Source: Schizochytrium sp. TIO01 (taxonomy: Eukaryota; Protista; Bigyra: Labyrinthulomycetes). From it: 64,000 bases of DNA. Position numbers and translations under genes: made by a program. The first letter of the stretch is position 1. Each line of letters starts with the position of its first letter. This document shows, in pieces, positions 13,401 through 28,400 of this stretch. Location of the stretch: positions 1,550,001 through 1,614,000 of the forward strand of contig SMSO01000025.1 in the NCBI GenBank assembly GCA_004764695.1, written 5' to 3'. A model generated the notes under the pieces. That model was not told where the DNA came from. It did no database searches and saw only the letters and a program-made list of their open reading frames with translations.

Positions 13401-16400
13401 AAGTTACCATAGTCTTTCTTCCTCCATTTATTGCTGCCTACTTTTACTATCTAATTTCTCGATACTTTGCTTTAATAGACTATATAATATAGCACTCTGG
13501 CGAAACTCTCGTTAAAGTATATATGTTTCTTTGGAATTATTCAATTGTGAAGCTTTGTTTTCAATGAATTAGAATCGCAATGAAAAAAAAAAAAATACCT
13601 GAATTGCTTAAATTCCCCAGAATGCATTCCTCTTGAAAAAAAAAAAATGTTAATATGCCGTCGTTGCTTTCCAATGCTTTCTTCTGCATGCTACTGTTGC
13701 TATCTCCTCTCTTGTCTACCAGATTGAATACACCTATTTGAGAAATTCTAATGTACTAAAACTAAACAAGAAAGATCTTTCACACATTCCAATCTTCACT
13801 CCTGCTACTTCACACACTTTCCAAGGTCTCTCACTCTATTGTTGTTTTCCGCGACGTTCTTTTCTTCCTTCGAGCAATACGTAGAAACTTGCCTTTCGAA
13901 CGAAACATGAAAGAGCGCTCTTTCCGAAAAAGAGCAGATCTGGTTTCAAGACTGGCCGCGGCCCAGGTTGTTAAAGTATATGTAATGATTAAGAAGAATC
14001 AAAATACATTACTGGGGTAATGCAATTTTAAAGAGAAAGTAAGTTTCGGAGAATGCGAGGCTTCAATTTCCTATTCTTTATATATATAAAGCTTATTTCG
14101 AGAAGAATTTATTTTTTAGAATTTATTTATAGTTATTTAAAAAGAAAATATACTAAATATAAATACTAAATATCTACAGTATTGACGTGATGTTCCCTTT
14201 GGAAATGTTTCTCGTCACATAAATCCTAGACTGAATGTGCAATCGTCAGCGCAGAAGCCGTCCGGGTTTGCAGTTAAGTGTACTCAACAGCTTAAACCAT
14301 TGTTCATAGTCTGGGATGCCTGCCTTTAAATCTATGGCAATCCTGAATCCTGAGTTGTTCAAAGTCTTCCTTCTTTGAAAATCTAAAAAGAAATAGCCGT
14401 ATCCTTGTCAAAGTCGACGCGCGCCAAGCTCGCACTGTGACCTGAATTGGTATTTTTAGTTTTTAAAATACACAATTAAAAAAAAAAAAATAGAATTCAA
14501 GTTAAAATGTTGAAAGTTTTTCTAAAGATTTAACTACTCATCATCAGCCTATAGTACCACCTTGTCAAATGAAATGCAATGAGTTGAATTGAATTGAGAA
14601 GCTTTTACTTAGTACTTTGTTATTGCTTGCCAAAATTATAATATAGTGGTACTATCTCGTCGTCCTCCCCTCGCCTTTTATAAGTTATAAATTGTTGACT
14701 AGCAGAGCATATCTGGGGAAAAACAAATTATATATAGAACAACCACACTGTTTCTGTGCTGTTTCCTACAAAGATGAAAAACAACTACTGGTAGGGAGTG
14801 CTATAGTTATTTTGCACACTTATTTACTGTCTACCTGTAATGTGTTGTGTCCTGCAATCCTTACGTTTACATAAAAAGTTTAGAAATTCATATAATTAAA
14901 AATAGAAAGCCCATAAGCTTCATGAACGCTCCCTGTCGATACCAATTTGATGAGTGCAAAGAAAGGACGCTTCACACTGAAGGGCTACTTGACCAGCATG
15001 ATTCTACAATGCAGATGGGTTTGTAATTCGCAGTTTCAAGGAAGGTTTTCCACCCAGTTTTCGATAATTAGTCGCACACTCATTCGTCTTTTCCCTTCCT
15101 GTTTTCTTCTTTCTGTTAAAGTTTCCACGTACCGAGGTACCTACGTGGTTATGAGAAAATAAATTTGATGATCTCATAAAAACAGAAAAATAGACTAACG
15201 CTGTATTGTTGGCTTCTTGATGATTGGCTGTTGTTTCATGTCATACATAATGTTGTCGGCGCGTGTACCTCGAATGAAATAGATTTCTGTCCTGCCGCGG
15301 CTTAGGCCTTGAGGTATCCTGCCCTGAAAATCTCCTCGGGGGAGTTCCTGATATTCAATGGTTTTCCGCAGCACTGTAGCACTTAGCCTGCTTCTTACAT
15401 TCCCTTTCCAGTTGGCTGAATTGCTAAGAGGCAACCAATAAAGTAGCGGATAGTAGAGCTGCAGCTACTTACCACCAAAGCCCCACTTTGCAATCCCTGT
15501 TGCAGCAGACAGACACTTTGGAAGGACTGGAAAGCTCCAAAACTTCGCGCAAAAATTGTGCACAATCAAAACTAGTTCTTAAGGACCTGACATTCCTACG
15601 CTTCGAGATGTTGACCTAATATTCTGCTATTACCTTTCGTGCAAGTTCCTCAAAGCTCTCGCAGTTGTTGCTCCTTAAAGAGACATGGCCTCAGCTGCAG
15701 ATTTCCATAGTTAGTAAGTTAGTCAGTTAGTTAGTAGCTTGGGAGGGAGGGAAGGAGCAGTCTCGAGGATCGCAACGTCGTTCGGAAGCATTTGCAAAAT
15801 CGGATCTCAGGTCTGCTAATTCAGCTTCTGTGCCTGTGGAGGAGAAGCTTTGTTTGTCAGTCTGTCGGTCCGCTCGAATAGATAGCTCTAGAGCTCGCGT
15901 TCATGCACATCCTAAGGACTACAACTTATTTTCTTCTACCCATCAATGTCTGCGTGCATGCATTCTGACGACTCCCAGTCGAGTCAAAGGTAAGGGTTTT
16001 ATGTTGGCGTGTACAATTCATCATCTAGCTGCTTGGCGATCTCTGGCAATTGTCTTTTGGCCAAAGATCCACAATGCTTGGGTGATAGACTTGACAGCTC
16101 TGGGAAAGAAGCAGTCAACCCGTTAGGTACCTACCGCTATGAGAGCTCCGGTCCTTCCGATGCTTCTGCGATGTTTCCTTTCAATAGCAGCAGAATGTCT
16201 GAATGATGACTCTTGGTGATGCTTGGGCTCATAAATAAATAACGTCTGTTTTCATGCATGAACCTCGATGAGCGCGAAAGTACCAATGGGATCAAGGCGG
16301 CCCCAAAAGGACTCAGGAAGGTCGCCCATACCATCTGTAATTAGTTATCCTTCTCCAGCATCTCTTGGTTCGAATCATGAGAATTGAAAACCTCCCGACC

Positions 16401-19400
16401 TCTCGCCGTGTTTTCCATGTTCCAGTACAAGTCATTGATAGTGCGCGTTTGATGAGACTCTTCATTTTAATTTTGAAAACATTATTTTTTTCTTGAAAAC
16501 GGAAACAAACTTATTTCTCTGGCTCTAGCGATAAGTACAGCTCTTAGTGCAACTGTTTTCCGTGCGGTGCTAACCATCTCCATTGGCCGCACTCGGATGA
16601 GGCTTTTCAAAGGCCTTTCTTCAGTCTGCCTGTTGATTTTTAAAGAAGCCTCCTTTTCGCTTTCTCCGAAAGCTTAAAGAGTACAAATACCATTCCTAGT
16701 CTTCGGGCCCTCGCCTACTCCAACCAATCCTTTTACTGCAAGTTGGGCACAGACTCATTCAAGTCTACACCATACCAATCCCGCCACGAGGCAGTCTATA
16801 GGCGTGCGTTTGATTGAGCATCTCCAAGGCACATAGATTGATAGATAGATAGATGAGATACCTACTATTTTATGAATTGCATAACTCGAGCGATGAACAA
16901 TTTGCATCTGCAAACGTAGTTTTCAGAAAACTCGCGCAAAACCTGAGTCTGGCCAGGCGCTGTCACCCTACAGACCAGCGGAAGTGGCCTCCTTAAGTCA
17001 GATGGCAAAGATCAGCCTGAAAGGAAGTCGATAGGATGCAAGCGACCAGATCTCGCGACCTCTATCCACCCCTGTTTTTACGAGTCGTCATGTCGATCGT
17101 TCTTGAAAGAGCTGGCCTTCTTTCCTTATCATCTACGCGGACTGAGGAGGGTATTCATTCCAACTTCATGCATTCATTCTTTTCATTCTTTCAAAATGGA
17201 ATTGGTAAAGAAAATTTAAACAAAATGGGTGAAGAACTTCTCGCGCCTGAAAATCACCATAGTACAACAACATTCACATTAAAAAGATTTAAAACAGGAA
17301 GCAACAGAAAAGAAAATGAAGAGGAAAAGAAAAGGAAGATTGCGATTTTGTCACGCTTCCTGCTAGTGGCGTCGATGAACTTCTTTTAGGCTTTATGCCC
17401 TATACCACTAGGTGCCAAGATACCAGCCAATCAAGTAAAACTAATATTTACTTTAAAATTCGTTTTTACTTAAATTCTCCCTACATACATACAATTATAA
17501 TAAACAATTGATTGGTCGAAGGTAGTCTGTTCCAAGCAGATCGAATACAGATGCATGTACCTTCTTGCCCTTCTCAAGATTCTTGCATACTTCTCTTAGA
17601 CAGATGGCAAAACTGGGAAAGCGACGATTATTTAGCACTCCTCTCGAGTGGTTGCTGGGAACACAATGTGATTCGCACCACTGGTGCTAGTTTTCTTGGC
17701 ACGATCTGTCGGAATGTCGCTCGAGTTGGCCATCACTAGACAGTGCAGAAATCACCTCATTTGAGTGTTTTGCTATTATCTGAGTTCCCGTTTGTTCCAA
17801 GAACTATTGCCAAATGTGAGACCTTTTTTACCAATAAAATGACATTTAAAAATTTATTTTAATTTTATTTTCCAATGATAAAATACCATCTGTTCTTAGC
17901 TTGAGAATTTGCTTTACAGAAAGAAATAGCTGAAAAATTGGAATTGCGAGGTACCTGACGCTAAGCACTGCTTCCTCGGCCTCCGTCTATGGTTGTGTCG
18001 AGCGCGGACGAAGAGGTGACACACCAATTACTGAAAATTTGGTTTGATTCCTCTTCTCTCGAATCTGGAAAAGAAAGAAAGACATATGTTTTTTCCCTAA
18101 ATTTTTGAACTTTTGCTTCCATTTTCTTCCCTTTCTTTTCTTAGCGACTCAGGCGCGCATTTTAATGACGATGAGAAGGGTCCTGCGTCTCCACTGAGCG
18201 CAGCGACAGCGCTCGCGCCATCACAGTTGTTGTGGTAGTACGGCACATAGATTCCCACTTCCTCTTCATTGTTTAGAGCGAGCTCGTCTAAGCCGTGTCA
18301 TTTGAGGCGGTGCTCTGATTGAAAGAATACACAGGAAAGAGCTCGGCCAGAAACCGCGCAGTAGAGCTGCCTTCCTTGAATTCTAGTTGTCAGCAGATTT
18401 CTTTGATGGGGTGTAAGTAAAATAAATGTAGGACATGTTCATAAATAGAAGAACAAATGATTCGTTCTTTCGTCGGGTCTTATTTTTTTGTTTGATTTCT
18501 GCATTAAAATAAACAATCAGTTAACGTTAATTGATTCCCTATGAAAATTTTAAGAGAGCAATTAATCAACGCTCTCCAACTTATGAACCAGTCCCTCGCT
18601 CAAAGCTTCCACTCAGCCTCGGCGATTATTAACTTGAATTGGACTCTCTGACTTGCTCGAACCTAATATGTAGAGCTGTCCTCCTGCATACAAAAAGCGC
18701 AACATAATAATACAGCCACGCAAACGTCCGCGCGCTCGAAACTCCCAGGCCTCCGCTCAAGGCCGAGATCCGTGACCTTCACTCCTACTCTATGCAAATA
18801 TCTGACCTGCTTCTGCCAAGAACGCAATTGGTTATCGTCTGGAAAGCAGCAGGTTTATGCAGCAAGCAGTACTTACGGAAGGCAGAAACCTTTCTCAAAA
18901 GCTCACCTGCGATTATGACTTCTCACTCTCCTGACTCTTCTGAGTCCTCTTGATCGCATCATGTAATCACTCACTCCTTCGTTCTGCCTGAATCTCCAGT
19001 TCTTATTCAAAGTTGAGAACTCAGCTGGCCCTACTACGTCATCATAGGAAGTTGCTCACTGACTTTATACGAGGTTCAAACCTCTCCAATGTCAGGACTT
19101 GTTCCGAAGAGGAGTACACAGACTATTCGAATACGTATATAATAAAAACGCGGCGGCCTTCGAATGGAATACGTCCTTCGTTTGCTTTCAAATGATCCGC
19201 GATTGGAGATCTCTAGCAGAGGTTTTACCAGACTAGCTACCTTTTCAATGTATGATGAGTCTTCGTTCTGTGTGGTACATAGTTATGAATACCACACACC
19301 AATGCGAATACGTAATGCGTAATACGTACGTGGTAGAAGCTAGTTACTGTCACAAAACGAACTGGCGCCAGGTGGCTTGGTCATACATTTAGGGATAATT

Positions 19401-22400
19401 TAAAGCTCGGCTATGTTCTTTCCTATTTTCATTCCTTTTTTCCTCCCTTTTGTTTCCCTCTCAACATGAGCTCTCTTTTCTTTCTATTCATGTCTTCTTT
19501 TATAGTTTAAAAAGTATTAAATATATATAACATTAATAACAATAAATGGAAACGAGCTTTAAATTAGTGATTTCCAAGGGTTGTTTCTTACGATGGCATG
19601 AAATGTGACGGCTTTTTTCTTTTTTCAAACGGTATGCAGTTAGTTGGTCATGTAAAAGCTTATGCGATATGTCCATTTGAAGTTTGAACTCCACTCATAA
19701 TAACAACAAGATTGCGATGCAGATTCATTGTTAAGTGCTCTGGTGAAAGAAGTTTGGAACGGGACTTTTGCTGCTTCGTCAAGATTGGCGTTGAGGGGGT
19801 TCAAAGAGAGAAACAGCTCACAAACTCTTACAAAGAGAAGAGAAAACAGTCAGGAATAATCGATCCCTTGAAGCTAACGTTTACAAAGTGCAAATTGAAT
19901 AGTCATACCCTAAAGAAGGAAAATATTTTATATCTACACAGGAATAACATTTGCAAGGCTGAAATGCAGGTCGCGCGATAGTGGCAAGAGTTCATATACA
20001 GTATCCAGAAACCTGTAAAAGTACGTATGCCACCACAGTAACAATGAAGAGATCAAGGGCTAAAGGCCCAATCGGCTCATGTATAATACTAACGTGCTTC
20101 AAAGTCCTGTTCTAAGGCTTACTATGTTTTTGGTTTTTAAACATGAAACATATTCTTGTTTTCTCAAAGTTGAAATGACCCTACTCATGCCAAATTAGAG
20201 TTTGCCAATCTCGGAGTAAGGCATGATTTCGATCGAGCCTGTATAATAGGCCACAGATTAAGAGGAGAGGAGGGAACAATAAATTGCCTCAAAATTCAAA
20301 CAACAACATCAACTATTTTAAACTCAACAAATTGTTGTTGAAAATGGAAATATTTTGCAATGTGTTGGTGTTCTGTGCTTCTCTTGGCCCCAGTGCGCAA
20401 CTAAAACACAATGTCTTGTTATATGTGTTCTTACCACATTTTAAATCTCAATTTGATACTCTTCAGCTGTTCTGTTTAAAAAACAGCGTCGTACCTCACA
20501 CAACAGCAAGAGATTTGGGACGCTGGTTCTCGTTTATTCTCCTTTACCTTACAACATTGGTGCTGCTGTAGGAGTTTTTCAAAGTTGAAAACCGGAAATA
20601 TATATTGTTTTCTCGATTTAAAAGACGCAGGTCAACGTATTTTCTTCTATGTCTAAAGAAGTGCCTATCCAGCAGCGCTGCTTGCCAGGCCCTGTTTAAA
20701 TACACATGCTAATGCCTAGGCGAAGGAATTATCGGCACTTGTCTGAAGTAGTACTAAGTATATTACGTTGAGAACAAGGGCTCCAAGGAGATCCTTTCTA
20801 AAATATGGGGGGGTGCGGTGTAAAGTTGAGTTCTTGTGAAATTCCACCAAGTTGTGAAATACTCTAATCAGAGAAATACGCTGGCAAATTATTGCATTAC
20901 GTAAAATGAGAAAGTCAGCCACCAACTCGCACGATGTCAATAAAAACGAGCCAATTATAACAACTTTGTATACCCGATACATAGAATATACAAGTATCTA
21001 ATGGGTCTAAAATTTGTACCTTTTCTCGTCTTGCTTATCTTCAGTTGTTTTTATCTTAAACTGAGGAACGAGCGCTTCTTGTCTACCAGTTTTTCTTGTA
21101 GACCCATTATACTTCACTTTCTATGAGATTTACATCCATGTAGCAGCACGTGTAGACTCCTTTCGCCATGCCTTTATGAATTTTGATAGAATAGTATTTT
21201 TAAATTTATTAAAACAAGAAAATGTTAAGTACAGGATATATGAAAGTTATTTGCTTCTTTTTATGTGGAACGCATCCACGTATATATTTTTATTTTAAAT
21301 AGTATTAAAATTTTCTTTTTTAACAATTTTTTTGTAATAAAATAGACGGAAGTATGTTTGCTTAAAAACCAATGCTCCTCTTATATAAGGACTAGCACCA
21401 TTATATACCTTGCTCTCACACCTTTTTCCATTGTAAATGTTCTACCCTTTTTTGCTTTTCCTCTAATAAGAAGAACAGAAAAGCATACTATTTCATTTTA
21501 GAAGGCTGTTGACGTCTGCCAAGCGTTTGTGCCAGACAGCATCTAGTTACTTAGCTACCTAGGTACCTACCTACCTATAGTTGTAGTACCTTCCTTCCTC
21601 AGATCTACAATAGGCGGCGTGAAAGCTGCGGGGCGGGTAACTACTCTACTAACAGAACTTAATAAGTAGGCCTTTCTGCAGGCCAGCTTGAACCGGCATT
21701 GAGTAGTAGGCTGTACTAACGAAAATCACTGCGAGAAAGATCTCTGTTGATGAGTGCAAGCCAGTCGAATAGTGTCTTGAAGCATCATCATCATCGTCAC
21801 CACTGGAATGCGCACCCTTGCACTCTACTTCTTTCTTGTAAATTGAAGAAACGAGATGAACTGTCAGAAAAGAGCATACTAGGTACTAGGTGCTTCCAAC
21901 ACCCTGATGACATGCTTTCATCTTTCCCCCCTTTTTGTTGTGGCTTGCTTAATTTAGGTTAAGGTCATTGTGATGTTCCATCTACAAACGGACGGACTTG
22001 GCTATGTGCCTGCCTGTACGTATACAAATGAGCAAGCTTGTGTCACAAAGCTGTGCAAAGTAATTTGTCAGCTACAGCTGCTGTGAGCACCCATTCTTTC
22101 AAAATCCGACCTGCTAACTGTAAAATTTGTTACTGGTTGAGAAGTATGATCCCCCTTCCTCAAAGTTTATGAAGAACGGAAGAGAAAGCAGGAGTATAAT
22201 ACTTGCCACAACGCGTACATAGTTCTGGACATAACGTACTGATCGGAACCTCCATTTGACGAGGTACAAATTCATTGCAAGGAAAAACAGGGCTGACCCT
22301 TACAGACTTTTTCAAAATCAGGTTTTCTACTTCATAAAAGATTGGAATTAACATTTCGAAAGTGACGATACGCGTAAAGTCAATGAATGATTTGAATTTA

Positions 22401-25400
22401 TCATATGTGGGTACTTCATTCGTGACTTTACAGCTTTTTACACCATTTGCTTGAACAACTTGACATTTAAGTTGCGATAGACAATTTAATAGTGCAGGAG
22501 GAAATAAATATAGTAAAGCAAAGTGAACTGAAAAGCGAAAATGTCTTACACTCTTCATTTGTCGCTTAATCCTGCATTGATTGTCCATTCCCTTCAGCAT
22601 TTGCCACTGATGAATTATATGTCGAAACGATTGGTCAAATCTTTACGCGGTACAGTTTCGTAGTATGAAGCTCCGTGGGATGTTCTATGGGGCCGGTTTG
22701 CCTTGGTTCGGCTATGGCCAAACTGATACCTACGTACTCCAAGAGAAAATAAGTTCACTGCAGCTATTACACATGGAGAAATGCTACTCAATAAACATGT
22801 TCACGATCACACGGCTGCCGATTTTACATTTGTTGACACACACTAGTAAGTCAACCAAGGCACAACATTTCCTTGCGCCTCTGAAAGGGATCTATGGAAA
22901 AGGCGAAGCTTTGAGCTTTGCGGTAATCCCAGCACTGTGCTTTCGGGTGTAGATCCTAATAAGCCATACCACCTATAAATAATAATTTAAAATAAGACAA
23001 CGTGAATAAAAACTATATTTAATTTATTTATTTTTCATACCTTGAATTTTACTTATTTATGTATATTTATTTATTATAAATATTCAGTACTTTCAATAAA
23101 ATCAGAAAGAATTGTCTGTTTGTTTGTTTGTTTGTTTTAGTTATTGTTCAACTTGTTAGAGTGATTATTATGTTAATATTTGAAGAAGGGGAAAAAAAAT
23201 ACAGAGCCTGACATTTCCTTTCACTCTCAAGCTGCCAGTGGGGGGCTAAAACCACATCAATACTGAGGAATTGCGCGTCTTCATGGAGCAAAAGCCTGAA
23301 TGAGCACTCGACCGACTGCATTCAACCCTAGGTTTCTCCTCTCTTCAAATCGCTCGCAGCTATTTCGAAAACACTTTTTGCAAACTGTCGATCGTCTGAA
23401 CTGCTTGCTGCCTTGAAGGAAGAAGAGACGCAGGAGGAGGTCTTCGCCTCTTTGTTTAGCTTGTTTAGAGAGGGTTCACCGCCATGCATGCTCCTGTCAA
23501 GTGTAAAACCGCCTCAACCATTGCGCATTGTACAGAATGACTCGAGTTGAATAGAGTAGGATAGAACAGAATGTTCAATTGAATATCGAGTTGAAATTGA
23601 ATTGTACGAACCAACTAACCAACGGAGGATAGGTGAGCAGCGGCAAGGAAAACCAACGCCAGCAAAGCCGACGCACTCCACGCGTTCCTCAATGCTCTGC
23701 GTGCAAAGGTCTCTGCAATATTCTTTTCTTGTGCTGGCCTGAACGCAGCAGAGTCTTAGCAAATAGACAAATTGACAGACAACTAACTAGCAAGCATGAT
23801 GACGATGCTGATGGTAATGGCCAGTCAAGAAGAACTTCGCTTTGAGCAGCAAAAGTAGCGAGCCTTGATGAGAGTACTTTCCCAAAGGATGAAGCCGCCG
23901 TCTGAGGCGTTAAACAGATGGTAAAACTGCTAGAACATGTTTGAGGCAACTTACTTTCGTGGTTTATATTCCCTGGCCCGGCCCTTCATGAAGAACGACT
24001 TCTCTATAATGGCACGTTGATGTTACGAATGAGAATGACCCCCCAAAAAAATCACTGGGCTACAGGCGAAGTAGGATAGCACATCAAAGCTTTCCGTGGC
24101 GGGTTCAAGTTAAATACATCAGCAGAGATTGCTCCGGTGGTGTGAATCTGGTGAGGTAAGTGCTATCTGCCGAGATCCGAGCCTCAGATGTCTGTCTGCC
24201 TCGATTAAAAGCAGAAAGTCAGCTACCTACGATCGTTATTAATTTTTAAAAGATGTTTTTTAAATAACAATTTTAATTATAATTTATTTAATTTTAAAAT
24301 AGCACTTGCAGTTTACTTTTCATATATATTATTTATTTAACATTCTATTTTTCAAGAAGAGGAAATGGAGCACAGTCTGCCGTGCTCGAAGTATCTCCGT
24401 AAATACGAGTGCATGACTATCTTTGAGAAGTGCTTGAAAACCAGAGAGCTAGCAATAGCTGAGGATACCACGGGGTATTTGAGAGTCGTTGAAGTCTTCG
24501 ACTAAAGCAAAATACCCCAAAAGTTAGCGTTTACTGAAAAATCATTGTATTGTGTGGGCACTTTGGAAATCAACACAAAACGTTATTACAGGTGTTGGGT
24601 GACAGTGGCCGTTTGGCGAACATAGGATCGCATTCCAATCAATAGTTTGTGACGTCTCAACCCTCGAGGAATTTTGCATAGCTGGTGCGATCAATCGCAA
24701 GAGTTGAAAGAATAAGACCTATCTACCTACGAATAGCAGGAGATCAAAGTGCCAAGAGACTACTTGCGCACAATGTTTCAGTTGCTTCGTCAGCCCATTC
24801 GCACGAAGTTAAGCAGTGAGGGGCTTCTTTGGCAGCGCACAAATTGGCCCTTAGAAATGCAAACTGACCTAGCGTGCTTCTTCCCTCCTCGAAACCCACG
24901 ACGCAGTTGACAGTCCCTAAAGATCATACCTATCTGGCCAGGCAGGCAAGCGAAGGTACGCCAAATCAGCAGAGTCACTCTCGAGATACCACTCTCAGAA
25001 TACCCCCGCCTGATGAGCATCCAGCATACCAAGCCCCGAAATTGTGGGAACCTGTCGGCTAGTGCGCAACTTTATACAGCCAGGTACACAAATTGCTACA
25101 AATTACTGCTCAGCCAACACTACAAACAAAAAGGAAACCTGGAAGGATGACGGATGGCGGTGCGTTTATTACGTACCATTTATCTTTCGAAAAGGCCCCT
25201 CGAAAGAAGATTGTAAAGTCCCGCAGCATCATAACAAAGAAGCACCGAGGGAAGTTGTCTCGGAAGGTGGTTGAGCTGGCCAAGACGGTTCGCGGAGCAC
25301 GCTGCGAAGACAGACACAGCATTCGCCTCCCTCCTCCACCGATGCCTGAGCCTTTACTGTCTCACGTCGGGCTCAGGCTTTGTTTGTAGATTGCAGGGTC

Positions 25401-28400
25401 CACAATATTGCGGCACAATCTCCACACAATTCAGTCTCTAGAGAAGAAGCGACAGATTCAATTCTCGTCCCTTTTTAAACAAGTCGACGAAGATCACTAC
25501 TATAGAATAGTTCCCCTTAGGCTTTTCTCATTTGGCTTCTTTCTATGTTTGTATTTTAGAATAGAAAATTGTTTTAGATGTTCAAGTTATTTCTTTTCGC
25601 AAAAGGTTCTTCTTATGAAGGGCTATCTTATTATTTTAAAATACTTTCTTTTTTAAAGCTTAATGAAAAAATCATTTCTATTCAAACCTGCTTTAGTCAC
25701 TTTTTTATTACATCGTTTTATATTTTAAGTATATTTTAATTAAATGAAAATTTGTTTTCTGATCAAGAAAACAAAATTGGGAGTCGTCATATACTTTAGA
25801 GTTATTAGACCAATTCGATCCACTAGCAAGAGAATTTACTGGACAAATTTAAGCCTTTGATATGTACAAAATGCAAAGCGCCTGCATGTATATGCATATG
25901 CTGCCTCGAGCATAGTCTTGCGAAATTAAATGGTATTACATCAAGTTGTTTTGACGAGAGCTTCCATCTTATTTTCCATCTTAAAACATACCACCAACTC
26001 TTAAATATTGCTAGAAAACAACTGCCCATTTTTGATGAGGTTGGAAAAGCCGAAGTCGATCTGAGCCACGGGTATTCCTCAGAATTAATTATTTAAAACA
26101 CCACTCCATCGCGCAACGTCTAAGTGTGAACGTAAACCGGTAACTTACTAACAATCAAATAAAATAAAGAATGAGTTTCTTTTAAGGCAAGGTATGTAGT
26201 CAGTTTGAGAAAAGCTGAAGCATTAGTTTTTCGAAAGCAATTTGCTTTCAGTAATTTAGATGAAAGGAAGTTAACTGATTGTCCTGCTGAAGAAAACCAA
26301 AAATTTGTGACTATAATCTCGCATTCGCGACATATCAAAAATCTCATATTTACTCCATGACTCATACATGAACCCTTTATGTTTTTTTTAGAGATTAGCC
26401 TAACACGATTCGGCAATATAAATGCGAAGGCTGTTTGCTTCACAAATCTTAACGAGATGATTTCAATTGAAATTCTACGAACCCTAATAACGTATTCATT
26501 ATTGTTATAGTCTGGTGCTGTGTTTTTCCATCTTTTAATTTAATTCACGTATAAGCTTAAATTCGCGCAAATACCAATGCTAACGAGATTAAGCCATATA
26601 GTAATAGAGATACAAGTAATCACAACAATGCTTCTAAAATGGCAATGTGTAAAGCAAATAGCCTACGAATGGCTAGACACTACTCTTGCTAGAACTGCTC
26701 CAGGAGATGAAATATATATATAATGTTTATTCCTAGTTACGCCCGGAAGCCATTCAGCCAAAGATAAAGATATCAACATCTTCAAGCACTTTTTATGGAC
26801 GCGACTGGATACTTTTAGTGTATAGTTCGTAAACCTAGTCATAGAGTTCTAATTCCTTTTTCCTTTCTTTCTTTCTTAATATTTCTGTTTTCTCAAACAA
26901 TTCATTTCGTATTTTTTTAATATACTCTTTTTAGTACATAATATATAAAGACTTTCCCCCAACCGTGCAACAGACTCTCATTCTACGAAAAGGGACGAAC
27001 CCTTGCTCAGTTACATTTACGTCCACTAATGGGCCAGACAACGCTAGCTTCTTTGTCCTATTTACCCCACTCATTGGTAGTACTATGAGCCTCAATATTT
27101 CAAAAGGATTACAGAGTCATGCCAAGTTTCAGCTTTCAGTACGCTGTTGATGCACTTGTCTCCTTTGCCTAAGCGACAAATTTGAGTCTAACTGCTGTCA
27201 GTATTGCACCTCCGAGCATCAACTGTAATCCACCTGATTTATTTTTCCGTGCCTAGCCTTGTGACTAAAAAGCTGCAACGATTGCTTTGAAACACTCATG
27301 GTAGTCTTAAAACAACCATGCAAACTTTCGCAATTAGTGTATGTATACAAGAGCCCTCATCAAAGATTTATACCTAAATGAAATGGTGGAGAGCCAACCC
27401 TGTGAGACTGTAGTTCTCTGCTTTTTAACGAGAATGATGGCGTTTGGTCACTTGGCTAGTAGGCACAATCACCCAAGAATTAGGGTTAGGTGGTACATTC
27501 TTAAGCCCGTACCGTAGTGATCCTCAAACTAATAAAGTAACGTACCCTCTCAGGAGACTGGTAATTCGAGTGGAAAGGCCAGATTATAAGCTTTTCGGGC
27601 CTCGTAAGCGTCTTTGTATGCAAGTAGGACACTCTATGAAGAAGTGTGATGGCCCACTTTTCAGGTTTCAAGCCCAGTTGTGCAACACGTGAAGTTAGTC
27701 CTGTCAAGCTAACTTTTCTTTATGTGGCTCTTTCGCTCAATTTCACTTTGCATTTCAGACTCAGATAAAAATAGGATTATTATTCCTTGACGCTTTTCTG
27801 TTTCCCCCTTCCACTTCTTTTTCAATCTCGAAGTAGAATATTTATTTTGAGTGGAAAAAATATGAAATATTTTCCTGCTTCTTACAGCTTTTGAGAATTC
27901 GTACATAAGGTACTTACTACCTACCTAAGCGATTTCCTTTAATCTAAACCTGATTTTTGTTTTTATTCGAAAATCAAAAGCACTAATATCCTCCTTCTTC
28001 TAATTCTTTTATGACTCATTCTTAAAATTTATTTTCATTTTCTTTCTTTCTTTTCTTTTTAATTGGGAAGGAGGGGGAGGATAAAAATTCACCTGGGGCT
28101 AAGTTGAATGGTGTTTCAGAGCAATGTCCCTACATGGTTGTACTATATTGCATTAAATATCAAGAAACCGATGTCAGCCCTCCAATATTTAAAAGAAGGA
28201 AAACTATGGCATGCATACAAAGTATTGTCCTTCTCATTATCTACCTTTTCAAGATGTGAGAGACATCTCTTTATCTACTGACAGACAGAGTTCATTCCAA
28301 ATACTTATTAGTTTACAGACATGTTGTATTGAAGTTTTGATCAAACTTTCTCCTGACTTTCATTTTAGGTTCCTTAAAGTTCTTTGCTACATATATAGCA

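Noticed and set aside
16558-16652. Two adjacent imperfect hairpins (H/ACA snoRNA-like)
   Set aside because: No ANANNA hinge between them, and the stems are short enough to arise by chance.
23633-24079. 149-codon frame interrupted only by three TGA codons (selenoprotein or alternative code?)
   Set aside because: No recognisable domain or SECIS element; real genes here use TGA as a stop; the stop count is not clearly below chance.
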